DNA of 64,000 nucleotides from the human T2T-CHM13v2.0 reference genome, Homo sapiens, in the NCBI RefSeq assembly GCF_009914755.1, contig NC_060928.1; one strand, written 5' to 3'. Each line of letters starts with the position of its first letter. The stretch's first letter is position 1. The position numbers and the translations under genes are program-made. This document shows, in pieces, positions 53,046 through 64,000 of this stretch. The notes beneath the pieces are model-generated. The model had not been told where the DNA came from, did not search any database, and saw only the letters and a list, made by a program, of their open reading frames with translations.

Positions 53046-56000
53046 TGAAAGGAAAAGAACAAGACATTTTTCATGCTTACTCTGTGTGACACGCTCTGCA
53101 GGGCGCTTTATGTGTGGATCTTTTTTAGTCTGCATATTAACCCTACAAGTTGGAAATGGCTCCTCTCAAACACTGGAGATAGAGCAGCCCAAATGTATCT
53201 GCTACTGTGGTGCCTTCCATGTGAGTATTTTCTCCAAATGCTAATTTGGAGAAAACAATTTATATGAACGGAGACACTATTACTTATTTGCCCTCAAAAA
53301 TGAAAGTGACCCAAGGCTGGAGATAGGAATTTGTCCCAAACAATGTCTTCAGCCACCCCTCCAAACAAAGTTTGAAAGGGATGTGAATAAGTAAATGCAG
53401 AATCAGAATTTTCTATCTCTTCTGGCCTAAGTTCTTCATTTCTTAGTTGAAGATAACCAAGGCCAAATCACGTAATCAAATGACAGAAAATTATTCTGGA
53501 GACACAACCAGGCATATCAGATCTGTCTGTTTTTGGCTTGTGATGTCCACACACAACACCTGTGAACAGGTGCACTCAGCCTACCAGGAAATGCACTCAT
53601 CATGTGTCATCTACAGATTTTCTCAAGACTAGAGCATTTGTGAGAAATGACCGTAAGGCTTTCCCTGTGGAGTTGAATACAAAGATTGAACATAGACATT
53701 TTGAATAATCCTAGTGACTTGCGGATCCAGTTTCCATAGAGCACTAGTTTCTCTAAGGCCACAGTCACTAAATGAGGTTCCATGGCAGGTGTAAAATCTC
53801 ACTGGGTGATTGTGTCATGCTGTGCTTACAGCACTATGTTGGGGGAGAAGAGAGGAAAACCTATTATTGAAATCTGTGCTATTTTACATGACCTTTTAAT
53901 TACTTATTTTTAAAACATCTCTCCTTCTAGAATGCAAAACTCTCTGAGGAGCTGAGAATATGTCTACTGCTACCAAAATTGTAACCCCCATCATCTAGTA
54001 AAGAGTTGGTACACGGTGAACATTTGCTGTGGGAATGTATTCTGCTTCATTCCAGAGGCCTGCCAATTCTTAATCTCACTATAGGCTGAAGAGCTGCTCA
54101 CATAGAATACTTGTAGTGACTTCCATTTTCACCAGTTTAGATCAGTGGACAGAGAGATGCTGAATTACTGCTCAAGAAGTATAGATCCACATGCCTTCAA
54201 CTTCAGAATCTTAAATTAGAGGCGAATGTTGAGTCTACTAAACTGTATAGTCTGTAAAGGCAGGAACTGTATTTATCTCAGTCATATTTAATCCCAAGAG
54301 TCTTCATAGTACCTGGCCCATATCCGTTGTTCAATAATTGGTTTTTTAAATACCTAACTTATTAAACAATGTGTTTGATTAAACAGCAGTGACAAAAAAG
54401 GGCTTACTCAGTCTTAAGTGCTAGAAGTAAAGACAGTCATGAGGGGCTTGCAGTGAGCTCCACTGGGGGGAATTTTTCTTCTTCACATTTTTGTACAATG
54501 AATGTCATCACAGGACACAGCAGATACCCAAGAAATATTATTTTAAGGTATACTATACTCAAAGAAAACCAGGAAAGCCAAAAGACTCTTAATTAATAGA
54601 AAACTGCTGAGTCAATAGGATAGCTCATATAAATAAATTGTGTTCAGAATTTGATTTTCTAAATTAAAAAAAATTATGTAGTAATATCTCGAGTATAACA
54701 AATGTTTTAAGAATGGATTTGTGAAACTACGGCCATTTAAATAATATCTTGAAATGTTCAAATATCAAATCTTTATTGAATTATATTCTACATAGTGATT
54801 AATCAAAAACTAAACTAGATCTTAATTCTCACTGTAGAAAGTAAGTAGTCTTATAATATATTTGTAAAATTAACATTTTAATGTTTAATTATGTCCGTTT
54901 GGATAGAAACAAACTTAGAGCTGATAGTGACCCCATTGAGGTCTGATAGGGTCTCTTAACGTTGAAGAAGCAGTAAAATCAGTAACAGCTTTCATTCATC
55001 TTCAGGAACTGTATATGGTTATACTTTGTTATACCAATGGTTTCTTAGACTTGTGAACCAGTTATGGATAATAGCCCAATAAGAACAGAATAGTAGCCCA
55101 TAAATCAAGCTGTGTCTCCTATTCAACTACATAAAGATACAACTATATATATATATATATTTTTTTTCCAAACAGGTCTCACTCCATTGCTCAGGCTGGA
55201 ACTTTTATGATTTTTTTAAGCTCATAAGGGAGTAATTCTTAATTGTTAGGTGGAGCTCAAGAAGGGTCAGTGAAGACCCGCAAAGTGGTCAAAATGCCAG
55301 GCTGAGCTGCTCTTCAGTTTGGATGCCTGCAACAAAAATGAAACAAAACAAGAAAACAAGCAAAAAAAAATCACTTTTTGTTCTGTAAAACTTTACATTT
55401 GGAAACTTACCAACTGGTAACATGAGAGGATTAAATGAAGATAACGATCAAGTAAAATAACTGGCATAGCACCTGGTTCTAATAGGCTTCTATAAATGCT
55501 GCTTCCCACCACTCCTCTCTCTTCCACCTGTTTCACCTTTTGAGAACCCTGAATCATGACTTCCAGCTACATTATGCCTGGGCATCATGACTATTCAGCT
55601 CCCTGAAGGGAATGCCTTCTGATGATTGACACTTAGTATCTCTTTCTTACTCCTCTGCCTATCCCCTTGTCTTATTCCCTTACTACTCTCAACCAGGAAG
55701 CTGGAGTAGCTGAAAGTAGATTTCTTCCAACACGAAAATGCCTAGGTCATTAGGTACATAAGAGGTGCTAACTAACTGATAAATAAATAAGGAGAGAGAC
55801 AGAGAGAGAAAGGAAGGAAGGAAGGACAAAACCTAAGATAGTATAAGCCACTGCTAACCTGTGATGTTAGATCTAAGACGTCAAAGAGGAACTGGAGTGC
55901 TGGTGATTCCACCACTGTGATGCCTTGCTGTGGTCACAGTGCAAGCGCTGGGTATATATGTCATTCTAAACTGGAGATATAGGACCTATTTCATGTGAGA

Positions 56001-56844
56001 ACAAGCCTGTTTGATATCAGACATCACCTGGTCAAGCCCTAGCATTGACCATTATTCCAAAGAAATAAAAAAACTCCTCTGTGAGATCAGGCTCAAAGGA
56101 CAGGACTTGAGTTTAAAATAAATTTCTGAAAAGACTCAAAATCAAAGAGCATGAAGTTGTGGCTAACCTGCAGAGAATGCCTATGGATTTGCTTTTTAGT
56201 TCTCAGAAAATGAGATGAGCGGGGCATCAGCTGAAGTTGAGAAGGACTAAATGTAGAGACACCTAAGGAGATTACTACTTTTTATAGTGATTAATGCTCT
56301 TAATGAAGTCATTCTTCCAACTTACCACTTTGTAAGAGGTTTATATACATTCACAGCTGCCCCTCTTCCTTCAGCAAACCAATGGTATGGGAGATATAGC
56401 ACTTGACTTGGAATCAGGCAGTCTGATTTAGAATCTGGCTTTTCACTATCAGCTGTATTAGCATGGTAAGTCACTTAAATGTTCTAATCCTTGTTGTCCA
56501 CTCCACTCCCCACTGCAAAATGAGGATATAGTAGATTCTGCTGGTGCCCATCCAGCCCCATTCCCTTTCCCAGACCAGTGCACCCACTCTCCAGCTACCA
56601 GAAGTGCTGGCTGATAATGGCTGACAGTTGCCACTTTGCCAGGAGAAATGTCCTTGTCTGGAGAAATGTCCTTGCACCTCACCTCCTTCCCCTCATAGCT
56701 CACTGGCAATGAGTAGCCAACATCAGTAATGGGGAGTAATAATGAATGTCTATTTCACAGAGTTGTTAGGATGAAATAATTTAGCATACATGAAAATGCC
56801 TATGATGCTAAAGTAAATGCTGAAATTAAAAAAAAAAAAGAACA

Positions 56845-56964
56845 GACCAGGCACAGTGGCTCATGCCTATAATCCAGGCACTTTTGGAGGCTAAGGCGGG
56901 AGGATCACTTGAGCCCAGGAGTTCAACACCAGCCTGGACAACACGAGGCAAGTCCTGTCTCTAC

Positions 56965-57002
<38 letters not shown>

Positions 57003-57160
57003 ACCCAGGTGTGGTGGCACATGCCCATAGTCCTATCTACTTGGGAGGCTGAGGCAAAAGGATATCTTGGGCCCAAGAAGTCAAGGCTACAGTGAGCTGT
57101 GATTGGACCACTGCACTCCTGAGCAACAGGTGAGACCCCGTCTCAAAAAAAAAAATAAAA
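56845..57160 (+). mobile_element. AluJ with central linker expanded to A35
   Basis: ggaggatcacttgagcccaggagttc and ggctacagtgagctgtgat are J-type. Pure A run at 56966-57000. Confidence 0.9.
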
Positions 57161-60100
57161 AAGGAACTAAGAAAATTATAGCCCATTGCTAACCTCTAAA
57201 ATTAGACTCATTACATCAAAGAAGATAGCCACAAATTTTTACACTTTCTAAGAGAAAATTCTGGTGGAATGGATGGCATATCCGATTCAGAATGGCAGTG
57301 TTTGTGTTCTCACATGTGGAACAGGCTTTTTACATCATCAGAAGAAATGCTGTCAAATGGTTATGCCAATAATGTGTGAGGTAAGAGGATATTGTCCTCG
57401 ATGTCAGGCTGTCTTCCTTAGCAACTTCCTGGAAAATTACAAACATTTATACTTTCAAATAAGTAGAATGTTTGGCGTGGCTCATTGCTGCTCTTTACCC
57501 ATTGGAAGCTGATTTGAGATTTGTTTTGATTTAGGCCTTTCAAATAAGCATCTAAGAGTAATTCTCTTTGTAAATGATAGTGACCATAGTTGCACTCTTT
57601 GTTGAATGCATATTGTATACTGATTACTCTACATACAGTAATTATATCAGTTAATCCTTCAAGGGAGTTACAATTATCCCAACTTTGTACACAAGGAACC
57701 GTGGACTCCATCATTAAATAATTGGCTGAGGTCACCCCACTGGTAAGTGTGTCAGATTCATGGTTGGAAGCCGGCTTTGTATGACCATACGGTCTGCGCT
57801 CTTGCCACCATTTTCTTTAGAGCCGAATTAGGGCTGTGTGTGGAAAGGCACATGTCCATGTTTTTATTTTATGCTTTCACTCTTTTTTCCCCTCACACAA
57901 CTTGCACAATGAACCTGTTTTTCTCTCTCTCTTCAACTATGTGGTTTGTTTCATTTGTTTTTTAAACTCTTAGTGAGATTGCTAAAGCTGGGAGAAACAG
58001 TCACCGATGGGCCTCTCCTTAGGCTGCTCAGATGACTCTCTTAATTTCCATAGAGTTTGATATTTCTATGTTGACTGAGGAAACTGAGATATTTCTGACC
58101 ACATATAGTAGACCAAACACTTAACTAAATATTTTTGCCTATGCTGTCTTGTTCAGTTCTCAAAACAGTCCGGGAAGTAGTAATTATTAGCCCCAATTTA
58201 TATATGAGAAACTTGGGGAGAAGACAGATTAAATAACTTGGTCAAAGTCACATGGTGGGCAGCAGGTTTAGGATTTTTTTTCTAATGCACTTAACTCCAA
58301 ACTCTGTGTTATTTTTATTGCACATTGCTGCATGTTGCCTAAATACCTGAAAGCATTGTTTCCATTTTTCCAGTTATTGGTCTCTTTTAAGAATAATAAC
58401 TTCAGTTCTGTCATTTTGTTATGATCTAGTGGTAACCCAAGGAGGAAGGAAAACTATTGTCTCAGAGAAAATGTGATGTTGAAAGTCTAAAGAGTAGATT
58501 ACCTTGTAAGTATTTTGGTTTCTAAAGAGAAAAATGTGAAGTCATTGAGCCATGAAAAAAGCTGACTCAAATTTAAAAGATTGTTTTGAGTATTAGTGTT
58601 CTAGCAAAATGACAGTGGTTTGTGGCAATTTCCTCCTTTAACACAGTCACTGTGGAAGGACTAGAATGGTTAGAATTACACCCTGGCCTAATCACCAGAA
58701 GATGGAAGAGAAGTAAATTATATGTATGAACTATTCTGAGCACAGATATTTACAAAGAACTACTAAAGGGATTACAAAAGGAAGATTCTCATTTATTGGT
58801 GAATCAGAACTGTGGAATTGAATGGTGCAATTATTTTATATAATGTGAGAATGGGCTAATGTGAGAAATCATCCTTAATACTCATATCTTTCACAGATTG
58901 GGGAAGAAAATCTTCCTGACCCTGGATGCAGGATTTCACAATATTTCAATGTTATTATGAGTACATAGGTAAAAGGTAGAAAGAAGATGTGATAATGATA
59001 TGTCTGGCAAACTTGTGGCTACTCTGCCAAAGATAATCACAAGATACCAATAGTGGGATCAAGTGAACCTGAGTTGAGGAAGTTAAGTAAGAATGTTATT
59101 ACTAAACAGAAGTACCTCAAGTCTCCCATGAAATATTCTGGCATTACCTCCCTTTTCAAAAAATGTTCTTCAAAATTGGTTATTATTTGGAGCGTGTTGA
59201 TCATTTTCCCCTTTAAAGATGATGCTGAAACATTATGGTGCCTGCTTATGTTAATCTATTCTGAAAACATGTTTTCAGAGCAACAATGAATTGCTCATAA
59301 AAATTTTCCCTAGAGCCACGTTAGTTATATTCTTAGCAGTTGCTCAAAATTCAAGATGCTGGCAATAATTGTTTGCTTGTTAAAGTATATCTAATCTGGG
59401 GATTCATTCAGCTAATCTCTACTAGATAGATTGTAATCTTTCTCTTTTTTAAATTCATTTTTTTTTGTTTATTTTTTCGTAAGGCTGGTCAAGGTATGCT
59501 GAGTTAAAAAGTGAAGTGTCAAAATGACATACCATTAAGCTGACCTAATAGGGTAGCTCAAATAAATATCATATTTGGACTGAACATAGAGATTATTGAA
59601 AACTTTCTTGGTAATACATGGTTATTCTTTAGAATTGCATATCGAAGCTTAGTTTTGTAACAGCTCATATATCTCAAAGATTTTATGATTTTAAATACAA
59701 GCACATATTCCTATCAGAAATTTGAATTTAAATTCTGAAATGTAAAAAAATTCACGTTTTTTGAGAGAGATGACACAAAGGCAAAGCATATCATGGCCTT
59801 ATCATAGCTATACTTTGAGACATCTCAACTTTTTGTGGGTGTTTGACTGAGGAACTTTAAAGGACCTATTTACTTTTTCTGACATATCCCTCAAATGAGA
59901 CCAACACTGTTGAAGTTCCATTTGTAAATTTATCACTAAGACAGCTGCAGAAAGGGATAAAGAGGATGAGTGTAACTCCAGCCACTAGTTTAGTAGATGA
60001 AGAATCTGATGTCCAAAGAGATTAAGCGGCTTTCTCAAGGTCACAGAGCAAGCAAGCAATGGAGCCAGTGCTCAGAACCCAATTTTCTGAAGTCCTGCTC

Positions 60101-60673
60101 AGTTTAGACCACTTGGGAAGTGCTTTAAAGCAAGGATAAATTATGTAAAATAAATTAATATGCTTAATTATCAGCCTTTAATATTGCAGGACAGAGTCTA
60201 TTAACTGAGATTTATCTGGTCTGCTAAGCACGCAACAAGATGATTTTAATAATCAAGTTTTATAAATGGTTTACCATGAAAACTGTAGTCTACATCTTTC
60301 AGTCAAAGGGAAATAGAAGATCAAATGATTAGTTTAGGTTAGTCCATAGATAAAATTCCAAATTTTATATGAGTTTCCTTGATAAGAGCCCTCTAAAGGG
60401 GTCTTAACACATAGGTTAGCTCTTGTGCCACTAAAAATGTTGTCCTTTTTGACATTTAGAATCTTTGTTCACTTTGTAAGTAGAAATCTCTTGCCCATAA
60501 AAACATGAACAAATATTTACAACTCTTCAAATTGTAGTTCTATTTTAGGTTTGAAATACACAACATTTGTACAAGTTAAAAATGGAGATTAGAATCTTAT
60601 AATGTAGGATTTGGACGAGATGACTTCTAAACACACCTATAGTTCTCAAATCCTAGGTATGACAATAAGTGAT

Positions 60674-61040
60674 TGTATTAGTTCATTTTCATGCTGCTGA
60701 TAAAGACATACTCAAGACTGGGCAATTTACAAAAGAAAGAGTTTTAATTGGACTTACAGTTCCATGTGACCAGGGAAGCCTCACAAACAGGATGGAAGGC
60801 AAGGAGGAGCAAGTCATATCTTACAGGGTGGCAGGCAAAGAGAGAGCTTGTGCAGGCAAACTCCCATCTTTTAAAACCATCAGATCTTGTGAGATTCATT
60901 CACTATCACGAGAACAGCACAGGAAATACCCGCTCCCATAATTCAATCACCTCCCACCAGGTTCCCCCCATGACACGTGGGAATTATGGGAGTTACAATT
61001 CAAGATGAGGTTTGGGTGGGGACACAGCCAAAACATATCA
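60674..61040 (-). mobile_element. THE1 (THE1A-like) MaLR solo LTR
   Basis: tgtattagttcattttcatgctgctgataaagacata...gggtggggacacagccaaaacatatca. Confidence 0.9.
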
Positions 61041-61439
61041 ATAATTGAGTAATTGCTATATCTTATGTACAATGGGATTAGTGTGATAAATTTACTCATT
61101 CGGAAAAAAGAGAAAGGATCAGCAAAAGGGAGAAAAAACTTTCAATATTAACAATTATTTATTAGTGGTCTTAGTATTACAGAATCCAAATACCATAGAA
61201 CTTTAAAATAGTCTGAAAACAAAGAGATTTAGATAATTTTTTCTCAAATAATTATTATTAAGAAGATTGCTGAATCTTGGATAATCAGTATCTTTATAAT
61301 TTCTTCATTATGCTAGTGTTGTGTATTGTGCAATTTCCTTATTACAATGCTTCATGGGCTAATGACGCAATAGCAGATGTGTATCATGGATAAATGAGAA
61401 AAGCTTGTAGATTCTCAGTTCTGGAAAAGCCTTGGAGCT

Positions 61440-61680
61440 CATGGAGTGTGGTTAAGAAGGCAGGCTCTGGAATTTGATATTAAAGTTTGAATCCTGCTCT
61501 GTCATATACTCCTATGGGACCTTGAACAAGCTGCATATCCTCTCTGCCTCAATGTACTCATTAGCTAATTGGGATAATAATAGTACTGATCTCATAGGGT
61601 TATTGAGAGGATTAAATGACTTAATACATGGCAAGCGCTGAGGATAGTTCCTGGCACATAGAAAATACAGTGTTAAATAT
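61440..61680 (+). mobile_element. MIR SINE
   Basis: gtggttaagaaggcaggctctgga...cagggttattgagaggattaaatga-like core and tail. Confidence 0.8.
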
Positions 61681-62254
61681 TCTCTGCTATACCTGGCCAG
61701 GATTCTCATTTAAAAGATGAAAAAGTGAAAGTCATCAGTAGCAAATCACTTTTTATATTCCAGAGAATAGAGCTTTGTTTGTCATAGATATAAATCTGTA
61801 TGATAAATCTCACTGTATTCTACAGTGAATAATGACAGCTCATCCTGAACTTTGAAAATAACTTTTTTTTCAATAAAAGAATGAGTTCAGTTTGACTCAT
61901 GTGGTCCAGTACAGGGTCACTCCAGGGCTGGCCTTATAAGTCATTGGAACATCTAACTGTCTATGTCGTGTCTTTAGGAGATCTGGGAATGCCCCTTGTC
62001 AAAAATAATTTCCACCCACTGACTGATGTCTGCAGTTTTCTTTAGTTTAAGGAGTTGTCCCCGGTTGAAACACACATTTTTCTATTAGAAATAACAATTT
62101 GAGTTTTTAAAAATCATTTCTATAATCTTGTAAAAGACAATTCAAGAGATAGATTTTGATAAAGGGGAAAGGAGAAGAGAAAATGAGGATTCCGGGTCCT
62201 ACAAGTGAACCATCCAATTGAAGTGGTCTGGGAACTTTGATAGCAGATTTCCCC

Positions 62255-62380
62255 ACATTTTTTAATTTGTATAAATTTACAGGGTATAAATGTAGTTTTG
62301 TTATATTCATAGATTATGTAGTGGCAAAGTCAGTGCTTTTAGGATACCCATCACCCAGATAACATACATTATACCCATTC
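62255..62380 (-). mobile_element. L1 3' terminal fragment (L1MA-like)
   Basis: tttttaatttgtataaatttacagggtataaatgtagttttg...cccatcacccaga. Confidence 0.7.
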
Positions 62381-63729
62381 TCCACAATTTTCCTTGTAAT
62401 CAGCTTTCCACCTCAATATTCCTAAAACAACATCTATCCTGGAATGAATGAGTCTGACTCTTTTCAGTGCACTAAGCCATATGCTGGGCACGATAAAGGA
62501 GGCAGAAGACTGAAATGACACAGTTTCTGTCCTTGCAGAGTGTACAATCTAGTAGCAGACAAAATACATGCACATGTAACTACAATAAATTGCTAAGCAC
62601 AGCAGAGGCATGGAAATGAGCAGAAGTCAGTGGGAGATGACAGACCTGCACTTCTCCCCCTTGCAAGCAAAGTGCCTCCAATGGTATAGGAGAGAGCATG
62701 CAGAAGAAGCCTGACGGCCCATATAAGAGTGAAATTCCTTTCAAAGCATCTATTTCTTTTCTTGTTTATTTTAATGGAGCATCAAATCAGTATTTTAATT
62801 TGCTTTACAACCATGGAAATTTATGTTCCAGGGAGATGCCACGTTGATCCTGTGGCTTCTTATATAAGCAGATATAATGCCTTGTAACCCTGAGAATCAG
62901 GGTGACTTAGTCTGGTGCTTAGGTGTACGGAAGTGTGCAACCTAGCACCTAGAACCTTTCCTGCGTTAATGTCGTCATTCATCACCCACCACTGCTTACA
63001 TAATTCCATTAGAAGCTATGATTCACAGTCTGGAAGGAAGCAAGGGATAGAGTGGCCTATGCTTTCTTTTCCATACACCAATTACAACCTGCTGATATTC
63101 CAACACCATTTGAATCAATAACTGGCAGAGAGAGAAAAGGATTGGGGAAAAATTAAGTCTCTGTAGGAGGTTCATGGTGATCATAACCCTACAGGGACCT
63201 TAACATTGTCAAGTGTGCCTGTAAGGGCCTGGCTTTCCCATTTGAAGTCCAATATTTTGATATATGCAAGATTATCCAAGATTCAGAAATCTTCGCAATA
63301 ATAATTATTTAAGAAAGATTTATCTAAACGTCTTTATTTTCAGGCTATTTTAAAGTTTCATAGTATTTGGATTCTATAACACTAACAACACTAATAAGGC
63401 TTATTTTTTTTCTGTTCTAAGCAACATAAACAAGGAGATACTAGTTTTTAACCACTCTGGAAATAAATAAAGCTAAACTGAAGCATTCTCTACTCCCCTT
63501 CATTTTCCTTCCCACTTTTGAACTAGTTGGAGTTTTGTCTAACGTATTCTAATTGCTTTTGTTTGTGCAACAAAGAAAACATTGAAATTTGTATAATTTC
63601 TGGGCAGAACTAGTATGTTGTACTTCAAGGCTTTTTTATGTTTAACTTTATGAGTGTAACTTTTTTGTTTAAAGTAATATTGATGTCACAAATATTTTCA
63701 AATTCAGTAGATACTAAAAATTATTATAA

Positions 63730-63832
63730 TTTTTTTTTGAAATGGAGTTTTACTATAGTGCTCAGGCTGGAGTGCAGTGGCTACTAAAAGGCATGATCCC
63801 ACTATTGGCCAGCAAAAGAGTTTTGACCTGCT
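63730..63832 (-). pseudogene. 5'-truncated 7SL RNA retropseudogene
   Basis: After the Alu-like 3' end the sequence continues gatcccacta...gagttttgacctgct. This is 7SL S-domain-side sequence that Alu lacks. Confidence 0.8.
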
Positions 63833-64000
63833 TAGACTCACGAGAAGGTCTTGTGAGTCTGACTTCTTAGAAGCTGTCATGTGAAAGCTGTGCCGGTGAC
63901 TGGCTTCCCTGATCCTGCCCTGCTCCAGTCTGAGCCTCACTGACTCCGAGTGTTCAGCGTTTTAGTTGTGGAAATGAGTTGATAATTTGCACAGGCTGGC

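Overview
AT-rich, repeat-dense primate (human-like) genomic DNA with no recognisable host protein-coding gene. The main feature is a 6.4-kb betaretrovirus-like endogenous provirus on the minus strand (5121-11521). It has two ~990-bp LTR13-type LTRs (HERV-K HML-4/HERVK13 group), a GAGAAT target-site duplication, a Lys-tRNA-like PBS and a PPT. Gag and pol carry three large deletions and env is broken by stops and frameshifts. All four splice sites for a doubly spliced rec-type mRNA are nevertheless intact. Splicing 8158-7898 to 6204-6148 gives an open 87+18 = 105-aa ORF with the same architecture as HERV-K(HML-2) Rec; this is the main finding. Other observations are an L1PA insertion with a 3' transduction, a candidate three-exon TATA-driven transcript (50041-~54400) with a 54-aa spliced sORF, a 49-bp palindrome apparently copied from a nearby L2, an L2-derived 28-bp hairpin, an AP-1/C/EBP/octamer motif cluster, and several local duplication or repair scars. 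The remainder is Alu, L1, L2, MIR, MaLR/ERV solo LTRs and DNA-transposon fossils. All family assignments are from recalled consensus sequences, not database searches.
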